From the NCBI RefSeq assembly GCF_001194135.2, contig NC_068985.1, positions 5,452,917-5,516,916 on the forward strand: a DNA stretch of 64,000 bases, in the 5' to 3' direction. Numbering within the stretch: position 1 is the stretch's first letter; each line of letters opens with the position of its first letter. The position numbers and the translations under genes are program-made. The DNA is from Octopus bimaculoides (taxonomy: Eukaryota). Of the stretch, positions 50,724-63,642 are shown piece by piece. Under the pieces are notes generated by a model that saw only the letters and a program-made list of their open reading frames with translations, was not told the origin of the DNA and ran no database searches.

Positions 50724-51395
50724 ATTATTTAAAATTATAATACAGGGTATCTAAGAGATACCACCACGCTGAAAAATAGCAGTCAAAACCTGACTCTAAA
50801 ACCAGAATAAATGATAGTTTTTATTCCCATGCTGGCCACTTGATAGGATCAATATTTTAAATATCGATCTTATCCTTATTTATATAAATTTGTTTTGTCA
50901 GTGTATTTACTGCGCNNNNNNNNNNATATAAATTTGTTTTGTCAGTGTATTTACTGCGCTGATATTCTGTCCGTATCGCACGAGGAGTTTTTAGGCGGGC
51001 TATTTAAGCTAGTCGTGTACATAGTGCATATATGTGTGTGTATACGTCCGTATATGTAAGTGTACTGTTTATATACATATATTTGTATTTATGTGCTTGA
51101 GTGTATTCCACCGATGACGGCAAAGCATTATTTATGCAAAGCCAGAAATCCGGGATCTGGAATTATCTTGTTATTTTTACTGGTTTATTTTGTCTTCGTC
51201 TTCGCTCCTTGTGCTATGTGGACATTTATTGTGGTTTTAGAGTCAGGTTTTGACTGCTATTTTTCAGCGTGGCGGTATCTCTTAGATACCCTGTATTATA
51301 ATTTCAAATAATTATTACCTTTGATGGTTTTTATTCCCATGCTGGCCACTTGATAGGATCAATATTTTAAATATCGATCTTATCCTTATTTATAT
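50722..51395 (+). mobile_element. HH2 element copy 2: inverted 5' segment, full unit and terminal direct repeat
   Basis: 50722-50811 is the reverse complement of 51223-51313; 50811-50885 repeats at 51322-51395. Hammerhead motif at 51104-51165 has core CCGATGA. Confidence 0.85.
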
Positions 51396-51449
51396 ATATA
51401 TATATATATATACACATACACACATATACATAATATGCATATATATATG

Positions 51450-51482
<33 letters not shown>

Positions 51483-51886
51483 ATNNNNNNNNNNNNNNNN
51501 NNNNNNNNNNNNNNNNNNNNNNNNNNNNNNNNNNNNNNNNNNNNNNNNNNNNNNNNNNNNNNNNNNNNNNNNNNNNNNNNNNNNNNNNNNNNNNNNNNNN
51601 NNNNNNNNNNNNNNNNNNNNNNNNNNNNNNNNNNNNNNNNNNNNNNNNNNNNNNNNNNNNNNNNNNNNNNNNNNNNNNNNNNNNNNNNNNNNNNNNNNNN
51701 NNNNNNNNNNNNNNNNNNNNNNNNNNNNNNNNNNNNNNNNNNNNNNNNNNNNNNNNNNNNNNNNNNNNNNNNNNNNNNNNNNNNNNNNNNNNNNNNNNNN
51801 NNNNNNNNNNNNNNNNNNNNNNNNNNNNNNNNNNNNNNNNNNNNNNNNNNNNNNNNNNNNNNNNNNNNNNNNNNNNNNNNNNNNNN

Positions 51887-51934
<48 letters not shown>

Positions 51935-52679
51935 TCATACGGATACTACAGGGGCATGTGTGTCAAATATATGCTTCTCAATTCAATTATGGGATATGAA
52001 TTTGCACACACACGACCACATATATACACACACATACACAAACGTATATATACACGAATAGATGTACGTTTATAAAAAGAGTGGGACATAGGGAGAGAGG
52101 AAGAGAGAGAGAGGAAGAGAGAGGGAGAGAGCGATAGAGTGAGATAGAGCAGAAAGATGGTGGTATACCTGAAAAGTTCAAACCACGCCTAAATCACTTT
52201 TATTGCCTGTTATCTTTTTAAATAACGAGAAGTAAACTAAATGAGTTTTAAATAATACTCCCCGTTCCTTCTTAACGAAACTCCCTCGTGTCTTAGCAGA
52301 ATACGCTTCCATTTTAATAGTATCGCTCGTATTTCAGAGTTAAGTTGTCGCTTTGACAGTTTTGAATTGCTTTCTCGTTTCGTAAGTGGTTTTGCCTTTT
52401 TCATTTAATAGCCATTGAAGAAGTACTCTCCACCTTTCTAAGTCCTTCCAGACTGGCGAGATTGATGTGGTTAATGTGTCCAGTTTAAAGGTCTACAAAC
52501 TGTTATCAGTAGAGAGAAATCCAAGCGACCAGAGACGCTATCGGTGGTGAGCTGACAAGATAAGCAAGAGTGGGCGGGGGGGATGATGCGGACATGGATG
52601 GAGAGAGAATGTAAAAATAGAAAGAAGAGTGGAGAGACCGAATGCTTTCGAAATCTGGCACACGGCTAACAATTCTAGA

Positions 52680-53670
52680 GGAGCGATAATTCGATTACAT
52701 CGATCGTTGACTGATTTCATCGATTTCGAGAGGATGAAAGGCAAAGTCGACTTCAGTAACATTTAGACTCTCAACATAAAGCCGGAAGAAATGTCTCTCA
52801 GCGTTTTGTTCGAAAGAACCTGCCAGCTCTCCGCCGTACCGTTGTATAAAATAATCCTTTCTCTTATAAGCACAAAGTCTAGAATTTAGGGGAGGAGGCT
52901 AGTCGGTGAAATTGACTCCAGTGCTTAACTAGTACTTATTTTATCGACCCCTAACTGGTGAAAGGCAAAGCTGACCCCGGCGGAATTTGAACTTAGAGCA
53001 TAGAAACGGACGAAAATAGTTGCTAAAGCATTCTATTCGGCAGGCTAACAGTTCTGCCAGCTCGCCACTTTATAGTGGGAACAATTCCAGCAATTTTAGG
53101 GCGAGTGGATAAGTCGATTACATCGATCTTAGTGTTTAACTGTTACTTATTTGATCGGCCCCGAACCGATGAAAGGCAAGGTCGACTCCGGCGGAATTTG
53201 AACTCAAAACGTGAAGACGAACGAAATGCCACGGCCGACATGCTCGCTCTTCTGCCAGCTCGTCGCCTTACTGTTGTATAAAATAATATAAAAACAATTG
53301 GCGAGGCACAAAGCAGAGACAGAGCGATTGCGAGCTTGTGGTTGACGTATGCTGGTGATCGAATGTGTGCCAATTAGACTGATGGTCTTCGATTTGGATG
53401 CTGTTGAAGATAATTCCTTGTGTAACATATTATAGGCCGTTACAGATATATTTCTTTATTGCCCACAAGGGGATAAACATAGAGGCGACAAACAAAGGAT
53501 TAAGTTGATTACATCGACCCCAGTGCCTAACTGTTACTTATTTAATCGATCCCGAAAGGATGAGAGGCAAAGTCGACTTCGGCGGAATTTGAACTCAGAA
53601 CGTAACGGCAGACGGAATAGCGCCAAGTATTTCGCCCGGCGTGCTAACGTTTCTGCCAGCTCGTCGCCTT
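52680..53670 (-). mobile_element. Cluster of four co-oriented SINE family B copies
   Basis: gaaaggcaaagtcgac-type cores near 52737, 52961, 53171 and 53562. Confidence 0.85.
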
Positions 53671-53735
53671 ACAGATATAGAAACATTACTGCAAAGCGTA
53701 TGATACAAGATTTTTGTTGAGGCAAACTAGTTTAA

Positions 53736-53882
53736 TCCAGCCTTCATCAAGTGTCTTGGGGAAATTTCGAACCTGAGTTCTCATTCCTAAGGTATTTTTC
53801 GATGTTATTATAATTACTCGGGTCACTGCCTGGAATCGAACCCTACTAACCCCAAGATACCGAGTTCGATTCCAGGCAGTGA

Positions 53883-53932
<50 letters not shown>

Positions 53933-54115
53933 GCATCAAAAAATACCTTAGGAATGAGAACCCAGGTTCGAAATTTCCCCAAGACACCTGATGAAGGCTG
54001 GAGGCTATATCAGATGAAACGTTGTGTTAACAACAAACAAGATGAGGACAAATATCCATCAAATGTAAATAATGTAAATAACGCACATAATTCTTCATCT
54101 CTTAAATATAGATCT
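53736..54115 (+). mobile_element. HH1 copy 3 (A box lost) preceded by an inverted segment
   Basis: 53736-53842 is an inverted B-box-to-hammerhead segment. Forward copy starts at 53843; hammerhead 53983-54028 has the GAAACGTT palindrome, but the stem II 3' arm is mutated (cagat). Confidence 0.85.
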
Positions 54116-54444
54116 CTACTATGGTGTAGTACATCAATGTAAATCGTAAAGGCTTTTTGTTGAGGCCAGCAAGTGTGTACCAATGTGGGTCAGCCCTCCA
54201 GTGTGTACCGTTTTCGAAGTCTGCTACACCAATGTGGATCTCTGCTTCTATAAGATTTTGGAAATAATGTGGATACCATTAATCTGCTAGTTTTCTCCAT
54301 AATCTAAATCTGTGGTTCCATATTTCAGGAATCAATACTGGAAATGGAATGACAGGCAACTCAGTGCATCGCCTGGCAGGAAAGGATGCCAGCTTGTGTA
54401 GCGGACTGTTTTTATCTACTTCAATACTGCATTATATATATATG

Positions 54445-54515
<71 letters not shown>

Positions 54516-55852
54516 AACACGTATATATTGAATAAAATGAGAAAAAGAAGAAAAGAGACTTCGGCAAACATTATTCCACTAAGGTCTGCATNNNNNNNNN
54601 NNNNNNNNNNNNNNNNNNNNNNNNNNNNNNNNNNNNNNNNNNNNNNNNNNNNNNNNNNNNNNNNNNNNNNNNNNNNNNNNNNNNNNNNNNNNNNNNNNNN
54701 NNNNNNNNNNNNNNNNNNNNNNNNNNNNNNNNNNNNNNNNNNNNNNNNNNNNNNNNNNNNNNNNNNNNNNNNNNNNNNNNNNNNNNNNNNNNNNNNNNNN
54801 NNNNNNNNNNNNNNNNNNNNNNNNNNNNNNNNNNNNNNNNNNNNNNNNNNNNNNNNNNNNNNNNNNNNNNNNNNNNNNNNNNNNNNNNNNNNNNNNNNNN
54901 NNNNNNNNNNNNNNNNNNNNNNNNNNNNNNNNNNNNNNNNNNNNNNNNNNNNNNNNNNNNNNNNNNNNNNNNNNNNNNNNNNNNNNNNNNNNNNNNNNNN
55001 NNNNNNNNNNACCACCACTGACTACTACCACCACCACCACCGCCACCACCACCGCAACTAACTCCTCCTCCTCCTCCTACTACTACTATTACTACTACTG
55101 CGCGCGTCCTCAGTGTTACACCACCCGCACTACTACCACAACCCGCACTATCACCACCCGCACAGCCACCATATGCACCACAACCGCTACTACAGGCAAA
55201 ACTACACCTGACACAATCTCACCATGTTGTCCAATCTGAATTGCGTATGAACGGAAATGATTATATAACGACCATACACTTTATTTTGATTGGAAGCTCT
55301 ACCAACGCGATTATCATCATCATCAACATCACCATTATCATCATTATTATCATCATTATTATCAACAGTAGTAGTCGCAGTAGTTGTAGTGTTAGTGATA
55401 ATAATAACAGTAGAAGAAGTAGTAGTGGTGGTGGTGGTTATGTAGAACGTAATAATATGGTGCCGCCGTCAAGAATATCACTCTCCTCTTACCGGAGTTA
55501 ATTATAGACCTCCACAACGCTGTCCTGTTATGTGAGCAGTCAAACAGTCGCTTCAGCTGGTTTTGACTCGCCCTCCGCTTCTTGCTTTCTTTTCTTTTCT
55601 CTTTCTTTTCTTTCGTTTTCTTTTTTTTCCTCTTTTCTTCTGGTCCAACTAATATCAATTATTGACGAAATCCTGTTATTCGTTGTATTTAATGCGTTCT
55701 CTTTCCTCGCCCTACCTCTCTCGCTGCCTCTACTTCCCATTTTTCTGGGGTTTTTTTCCCTTCTTTGTACGTTGTGTGCGCTTACGTATATATTTACGTT
55801 CAATTATTCTTTTCTATATACATACATACAAACATATATACGTATGTGTGTT

Positions 55853-55887
<35 letters not shown>

Positions 55888-56141
55888 TCAGTCACACACT
55901 CACGCATTTATTTGTGAAAAATGCATACATACGATATTGTGACCAAGTTGTCGGAAGTAGGATGATAAACTGCGTGTCAAAGCTGCACTGCCTGAAAGCA
56001 GATGCCTGTATCAAGAGCTAAAGAGAGTTAGCATTATTAATTTCGCATCTGATACACCCTCCCACACACACACATGTATATATAAATATTCGCATGTATA
56101 TAGGTATGTATATACATATACACCCACACACACATTCATAT

Positions 56142-56194
<53 letters not shown>

Positions 56195-56234
56195 NNNNNN
56201 NNNNNNNNNNNNNNNNNNNNNNNNNNNNNNNNNN

Positions 56235-56283
<49 letters not shown>

Positions 56284-56361
56284 CACACACAGATATATAC
56301 ACATGCATGCATACACATACACACACACATATATACATACATATATATGTCTATATTTTTA

Positions 56362-56516
56362 TATATGACGTTGACCACTAACGTGGAGATTTAATATGCT
56401 AAAAATAGATCACATACGCTATATTTCATGTTGAGAACAATTTAGGTCTTTTTAGACATAAGATGTGATCTATTTCTAGCACATTAAATGTCCACCTTAG
56501 TGGTCGACGTCATATA
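56362..56516. mobile_element. MITE-like element, about 54-bp inverted arms in TA context
   Basis: tatatgacgttgaccactaacgtggagatttaatatgctaaaaatagatcacat vs the reverse complement of 56463-56516, about 5 mismatches. Confidence 0.75.
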
Positions 56517-57889
56517 TAAAAATGTACTTTAATCCCCTGAGATTGCAGATACTGTTTCTGAATCTCTTTGATTCTTTAAATGTGCTAGCTTCCTGGTAAT
56601 TAATCGATATTAATTAATATATGATTTTTTGCCATTTTTTAAATAATATATATGTCTATATGTAGATCTATCTATCTATCTGTCTATCTATCTATCTGTC
56701 TATCTATCTATCTGTCTATCTATCTATCTATCTATCTATCTATTACTTGGCATTGAAACGCCTCTCACGAGGGATAATGGAATATTGCACATGTGGTCAG
56801 TCAGTATTTGAACTGCAGATAGTTTNNNNNNNNNNTGCACATGTGGTCAGTCAGTATTTGAACTGCAGATAGTTTGTCGTGAGCGAAGCCAATACTATCT
56901 ACCTTTTGATCTTTAATGGCCGGCATGAAGCATATATCTATGTTTAAGTGTGTTTGTATGAATGCATGTATGTATTTATGTATATATATATATATATGCA
57001 TACATACACATGTATGTATATACATATATATTAATATTTCTTTATATATATATATGTGTGTGTCCGTGTGTGTGTACGCGCGCGCGTGTGTGAAAAAATA
57101 AGCCGGAAAAGACATCAGATCCACACGAAACATGAAAGAGATCGATCACGCTTCTCATACAGTAAGGGAATACAAACGAGATGGACTGAACAATTTTAAC
57201 GACTGCTGAAAGCACCTTGAGACATAGAATCTGTGACATGGACATATAACAGCATATCGTCAATTGAATTCTAATGGAGATACTGAGAATTGAGGAATTG
57301 CTGGCAACAATCTCCTGACTTTATCCACATGTCCTGCGCAGCAAAACTGGAGCAAGTATTTTTATATAGTTCAATTAAGCTGCATACTAATGTAACGTCG
57401 TTCACTTTAGATCAAAGACGAGAACCAGTCTGTTGTTTGTAAGAGAACTAATATATGCGTATAGCAGCGCCCTAGTCGTTGCACAAAGAGGCGAAAGTGG
57501 ATAGGTTTCCCATTGCAAACAGATTTGATTTCGCCATTTAATATATAAAAATGAAGAATTTACTATACGCTTTATGCTCCATGGTAATACACCAACAAAG
57601 TATCTGTATTGCAGACATTGATCTGAAAACTCTACAAGACTTGACATAACATGTCAGTATAATAACTGAAGTATCGACATTAAAGTACGAAATAATACGG
57701 CAAAAGAAAGCTCGTCTTTCAGACTAATGTATTTATGGCTTAAGAATAATCATCTTCACTTCAGTAGAATCAGGATGAAGGTCTACGGGGTAGTTGTCCT
57801 CTCCCAAAACCTGAACATGTGACGCAAACCTGTGACGAAAACCTGTGCTTAATCATGAAAATTTCCTGCAGATACATGACATCATGTGA

Positions 57890-58125
57890 AGGAACGTGGC
57901 CAACAGGGTAGGATGTTGTACTTGAAGAGAAAGATTTCATTTGACGTTGTTCCAGCTCACTCAGTTATTCATGTATAAACTAGCCTTCTGATCAAGGGGA
58001 ATGTAAGCCTACTCGCCTCGACAGCGGTGTGAGATCATTCGAAAGTTAAAACGATGAGAAACGCATTGTTACCATCGATGTATAACAACATCTGATAGTC
58101 TGGGCGATCACATGATCACATGGCA
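57890..58125 (+). mobile_element. Degenerate CORE-type SINE with a further tail type
   Basis: ggaacgtggcc head-like start, gttccagctcactcag body resembling body D. Confidence 0.45.
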
Positions 58126-58364
58126 CTATAAGTGAGGAGTAAAATAAACAAGGATTGCCGTGTACAAATCATTTCCTCATCGGAAAAATTTACACTGAAT
58201 TTATAACATAACACCAGCTGAAAGATTTTCTACGTTCATGCTGCACTAACAACTATGTATGGAATGAAAGAAACGTGGTAAATGTAGTCTACGCTCTTCG
58301 ACAGAAAGGAACACGAGCAAATATACAGAGAAAGAATAAAAACAACTTTCGGAGTTAGCGGTCA

Positions 58365-58413
<49 letters not shown>

Positions 58414-58569
58414 GTGTATTTTGAAAGCGTCCTTTCCTTTTTTATGACGGTAGGATATAATCTGAGTGAATATGGCTGCTATTGGTTGAGCGACCAGATA
58501 GTATTTATTATTTGTCTTTATGTGTACTTCAATGATGTTTTCCTTTAATGTTACGTTTTCGTAATCAGC

Positions 58570-58950
58570 AAAAACTTCTTCCTGATAATATTGTCATCAC
58601 CGTTTCTTATTCATTTGTAGCATTCTATTGATTTTGGACAAGTATTTTGTTATTAATAATGAGTTAATCTTATGGAGATCTCTATAGGAGTATTGCATTA
58701 ACGGTTAAATTCTTCTTATTTAGTTGCCATATTTTGATGGCTGCTTCTGGTAATGTATATAAATCAACAATCGAGAAAGTGTTGTACTTGTATGGCCGAT
58801 GACGTTTACAATTTCTATGTTTACATTGAAATCTCCATATGACATTGTTTACCGGAAGTTAGAAGTTTTCACGAAGAGGTTGTAAATTCTAGAATCTTTA
58901 ATGTTGTTTTGCATTTAAGAGTGCTACATGTTCAGTTCAGTTTTTATGAG
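58570..58950 (-). mobile_element. Decayed Penelope-like element GIY-YIG endonuclease region
   Basis: Minus strand NVIWRFQCKHRNCK (58846 down), frameshift, IGHTSTTLSRLL (58800-58765), later EAAIK and LIINNKIL. This follows the PLE pattern NVIYxFxC..C..YIGxTxxxLxxR. Confidence 0.6.
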
Positions 58951-59764
58951 ATTTTTGCTGACGTATTCACCTCCTTAATAACATGTATTACTTGCCGGTT
59001 TCAACATTCAATTAACCACAAACGAAATATTCCCACTTACCCATAACTTTCAATATATTAGCGCTCTGATAGTTGCAAATGTATATAATATATATATACA
59101 TGTGTATCTAAGTATACACACAAGTGTATATAAATAATATACATCTCGTAATACAAATCTTGCTGACTCCGAGGTTAGGTATTTCTAATCCTTATACGTG
59201 TTTTCATTTAATGGTTCTTCGGAGTTCGTATGTATCTGTTTCTTTCTCCCTGTCGGGTTCACTACGTCTCTCTCTCTCTCTCCCCTCTCTCACTCTGGGT
59301 GCGTATTTGAATATCTCTGTCCTGTAAACTTGATTTATTTTGAGGAATGCTCTCAAACTGCATTTTTTGGTCTTAAAAAAATGGTTCCCCTACTGAGTGA
59401 AATAATTGTAGATACCATACGTTAAAAAAAAAAAAATGAAAAACGAAGGACAAACGCAAAAAAAAGAAAAGAAAACAAACAAACGATGTGATGGTCAAGG
59501 TAGGAAAGCCTTTGATGAAAAATAGTCTTAATCAGGGCTAAACAATAATACTAGTCATATAAGCAAACGCAGGGTCTTCTATATGGTAGCTTGGGCTGCT
59601 GAAAATAGCAACAAGGCCCACTCTAGTCCACTCTAGAAAACGCTCTTCTAATCGCCTGGAATGCGACAGTTTTCACTTCCTCGTAACTGGAATGTTTGCT
59701 TCTCAAACCCACTTTTGTGTCGCCGAAGAGATGATAGTTTGAAGGCACTAAATCTGGTGAGTGT

Positions 59765-59994
59765 GGAGGTAATGAAGAAGTGGCTCAAAGAACAGTCAAC
59801 AGAATTTTACGGGGCAGGGATACCTGCTCTCATTCGAAAGTGGAACATTGTTATTGAGAGAAACGGTGAGTATGTTGAGAAGTAGGGATGTGATTCACAG
59901 AGGACCAGCTTCATTTTGATGTGTGATACATGTTCTTGTGTTGGTAATTATACCTGTCCTAAACAAAATGGCATCAGTTTTTTACTCACTCTCG
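59765..59994 (+). mobile_element. Mariner transposase C-terminus, 3' UTR and right end
   Basis: EVMKKWLKEQSTEFYGAGIPALIRKWNIVIERNGEYVEK*; ends tttttactcactctcg|TA. Confidence 0.85.
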
Positions 59995-60014
59995 TATATA
60001 TATATATATATATA

Positions 60015-60345
60015 CAGCCTCAGCAATAGCTGTGTGGTAAGAAGCTTTCTTCCCATTCACATAGTTCCCGGGTTCAGGTCCACTGCGTGGCACCTTGGGC
60101 AAGTGTCTTCTACTATGGCCTCGGGCTGACCAAAGCCTTGTAAGTGGATTTGGTAGACGGAAACCGAAAGAAGCCCGTCGTATAAATATATTTCTATATA
60201 TATATATAATATGTATATATATATATATGTGCGTGTATGTGTGTCTATGTCGCTTGACAACCGATGTTGGTGTGTCTACGTCCCCGTAACCAAGCGGTTG
60301 GGCAAATGAAATCAACAGAATAAGTCCCGGGCTTACATTGAATAC
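60015..60345 (+). mobile_element. SINE family A
   Basis: ccactgcgtggcaccttgggcaagtgtcttctactatggcctcgggctgaccaaagcc. Confidence 0.85.
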
Positions 60346-60688
60346 GTCCTAGATGTGCTGGATCAAATCTGACCAAGGGCTGAACAGCCATTTCGCCATC
60401 TTTCCCATTTCTCTCTTCAGATGCCTCTCTGTTGTGACTTTTCTTTATCTTTGCCCATTTTTATAATCACAAATTTCTTTGGATATTATTACTGTCCAAG
60501 TGAATCTATTCACCATCTTGAAGCATCTCTCTACTTTCTGATTTCATCTGTGTCATCTAAAGAATTCCCCCCACCACCTCATCCAGCTTCCAACATCACG
60601 AGATTTTCGTCCTTTTCAACTTTTCTCGAACACGTTTCTTTTATAACCAACTCTCAACTCCTCCAACCATTACATTCCCGCACACCTT

Positions 60689-60719
<31 letters not shown>

Positions 60720-61565
60720 AACACACATTCTGTCCCTCTTCCACACACACTCTTTCTCTTATATAGTTATACACACACACACACACACTTTTCTCTTGAT
60801 AAACTCTTCTTTTGTTTTTATCACCTCTTCCTTCAATGCATCTATCGTCTCCAGTATCATTTCTTTACAACATCATTGAAACTATTCGGAACGTTTTTGT
60901 TAGAAATGTATCGTATTTTTAATTGCTCAAAACTCGTATTATCCCCGTAAGTTTGATCAATATTTCCAGATTTAATCAATAATTGAAATATTTGGGTTGC
61001 AATTTTTCACTTTTCGTTTTTCGTTTCTTTTTTTCTTTTATTTTGCCTTATTCTTCATTTGATTTTAGTTTCTTTTTTTCTCATCTTCCTAACTCTAATG
61101 TTTATTTCCACACAAAGTGAAGAACCAATTCTTTGAATTCTCTATTCAGTATCTGACGCCTTTCTTTCCTTTTCAGTCTCTCATTTGCACCCATTTCTTT
61201 CTGTCTCTCTGCATCTCTGTCTCTGTCTGTTTGTCTCTCTCTCTATGCCCTCACTTTCTCTGTATTTCTTTCCGTCTTTTTTACTTCCTCTTCCTCCTTG
61301 TTATCTCTACAGTTACCGTCTTTTACTGATTGTTGAATATTTATTCTTCAAACGAACGCTGTAGTTCAAAGTTAAATCTGCCAGTTATGTGATACAATCA
61401 TAGCGTCAAAAACGAACATTCACAGCATTGAATAGTTTATTACTGGCTATTATGGAGATCACAAATGTATAATGAAGAAAAAAAAAGTGGAATTTAATGT
61501 CAAAATTTGCTGGGATTCGTTACAAATATTTCTTGAATATTTACAGAATCCGATTATAGCTTTCA

Positions 61566-61832
61566 TCATTCGATAACAAAATCTACCGTTACTGCTGTCG
61601 AATTGTTACTGATAAGTAGCCGTTGGTTTTGATCTTGTCGAGATGATTCACAGTAAGCAGGTAGCATATCAAAAGCTTTGAAGCGAATCACACATTCACT
61701 GAATTGGTTATTCAATGTGACAGTTTGTGTGGAAGTTTGTCCATTTGTAGATGTTACAAACGCAATGATGTTCTTTGAATTATGAGCAAACTGCTTTAAT
61801 CTAGAGGTCATTATTTTAAAGACTACATAGTT
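61566..61832 (-). CDS. Candidate terminal coding exon, unknown protein (NYVVFKIMTSRLKQFAHNSK...ISNNSTAVTVDFVIE*)
   Basis: Strong acceptor gtgttttccacag|AAC, 88 open codons, TGA TGA, AATAAA about 125 nt downstream, non-repetitive sequence. Confidence 0.4.
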   Translation of the reverse strand, partial: NYVVFKIMTSRLKQFAHNSKNIIAFVTSTNGQTSTQTVTLNNQFSECVIRFKAFDMLPAYCESSRQDQNQRLLISNNSTAVTVDFVIE

Positions 61833-62156
61833 CTGTGGAAAACACATTGCTGTTAAACCATCTAATTGTTATAGCTGTAGTTGTATATCCCCAGGGCAGT
61901 CTTAATCCCACCGACAAGCAGTCAAAGACGTTCCAATCAAGGCAATCCCAACTTTTTTTAGTTTTTAGATATAGAGGGTCTAAGTTTAGACTGCCCATTG
62001 TCTTTACTTATTTGAGTCGATGGTTGGCTTTCAGTTGTGGTTCTGAGCTTATTCAATATCCAAGACTCCCTTAAATGAATGAATTTTTTTCGCGATCCCC
62101 ACACATTTGCACAGAGTGAAGATTAAACCCAATGAGCAACAGTAATACCCTGTTAG

Positions 62157-62525
62157 CGCAGGCGTGGTTGAGTGGCATGAAGTTTGCTTCCCAACCACAT
62201 GGTTTCGGGTTCAATCCCATTGCGTAGCACCTTGGGCAAGTGTCTTATGCTATAGCCTCAGGCTAACCAAAGCCTTGTGAGTGGACTGGGTAGATGGAAA
62301 CTGAAAGAAGCCCGTCGTATATGTATATATCTATGTGTGTGCTCGTCTTCGTGTCTGTATTTGTTTTCTCCCCATGACCGCTTGATAGCCGCCGCTGATG
62401 TCTTTACATGCCCGTAACTTAGCGGTTCGGCAAAATATACAGACAGAATAGGTATCAGGCTTAAAAAAGTCCTAGGGTCGAATCGTTCGAGTAAAGAATA
62501 GTTCAAAATGGGGCCCCAACAAGTA
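62157..62525 (+). mobile_element. SINE family A
   Basis: gcgcaggcgtggttgagtgg head to ggggccccaac tail. Confidence 0.8.
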
Positions 62526-62895
62526 AAGGATAAAACAACCTCGACATTGTCTGATAGTTTGTATCCAATCATTGTTTAGAATCTGTCCCTGATTAAGAAC
62601 TCAAGTGTACGAACTGCTGTTAAAAGCAAACAACGGAAGAACTGTAAAACTTACAAATGTTCCGGTGTCTTGGAGAACTACCTTTGTGGGGCCCAAGGAT
62701 GTGCGAAACCTGGGTTGAGAAGAACTGGATTAGAAGATTTATTTACTGCTCCTAGTAAGGTGGGCAACGGCTCTTATTGGGTCAACTTCAGTTGGTTGGA
62801 TAAAACTCTACAAGAAGGTCAATTTATTAAGCTATGACGACAGGATAAATCTTCTAAATCTTTAATCGTACGCAGAGCTGTTGTGGCGGGATCTG

Positions 62896-62981
62896 AACAC
62901 CCCCGTCAATGGACAGTTCTGGATTTTATGAGTATGTATGCGTACCTATACAATTCAGAACCGTCCATTCACGGGGGTGTT
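62896..62981. repeat. Inverted repeat, 28-bp arms
   Basis: aacacccccgtcaatggacagttctgga vs ttcagaaccgtccattcacgggggtgtt. Confidence 0.75.
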
Positions 62982-63059
62982 ACTGTGTATGTAAATTACG
63001 TGTTGGTGAATTCTTTTCTACTCTAGGCACAAGGCCCTAAATCTTTGAGGAGTGGGGTC

Positions 63060-63410
63060 CGAAAGGGTAAAAGGCAAAGTCGACCTCGGTGGAATTTGAA
63101 CTCAGAACGTAAAGACAGACGAAATACCGTTAAGTATTTCTTCCGGCGTGCTAATGTTTCTGCCAGCTCGCCGCCTTATATCTGATAATATATTCTTTTC
63201 AAATCAAGGCACAAGGCCCGACATTTTTGGGAGTAGGGCCAGTCGCTTAGATCGACCTCAGTACACAACTGGTACTCAATTTATCGACCCTGAAAGGATA
63301 AAAGGCAAAGTCGACCTCGGTGGAATTTGAACTCAGAACGTAAAGACAGACGAAATACCGTTAAGTATTTCGCCCGGCGTGCTACCGCTTCTGCCAGCTC
63401 ACTGCCTTCC
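63060..63410 (-). mobile_element. Two tandem SINE family B copies
   Basis: About 68 bp are identical between 63071-63139 and 63302-63369. Confidence 0.85.
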
Positions 63411-63558
63411 GTGCTGATGTATTGAGAGTTCTTAAAGGATTATACCGCAGGTTCGCAATCACAATGAAACATCATAACGAGAACAGTAATTATTCTTCGA
63501 AAATGTGTGGCTGTCTCACTTCATTCGCCCAGAAACGGGTGCAATAATCACTGTGAGA

Positions 63559-63642
63559 GACCGAAATTCTTGTGAGCATTACAGTTCTTCCGTTGTTAGT
63601 GACCGAAATTCTTGTGAGCTTTACCGTTCTTCCGTTGTTGGC
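63559..63642. repeat. 42-bp tandem duplication (2 copies)
   Basis: gaccgaaattcttgtgagc.ttac.gttcttccgttgtt starts at 63559 and 63601. Confidence 0.85.

Noticed and set aside
54130-54430. About 100-codon minus-strand frame with one stop (CSIEVDKNSPLHKL...)
   Set aside because: No recognisable motif or splice signals; probably a decayed transposon fragment that I cannot classify.
57090-57330. GPCR-like hydrophobic minus-strand frame with a near DRY motif
   Set aside because: It needs an invented frameshift, adjacent frames have stops, and other family motifs are missing.
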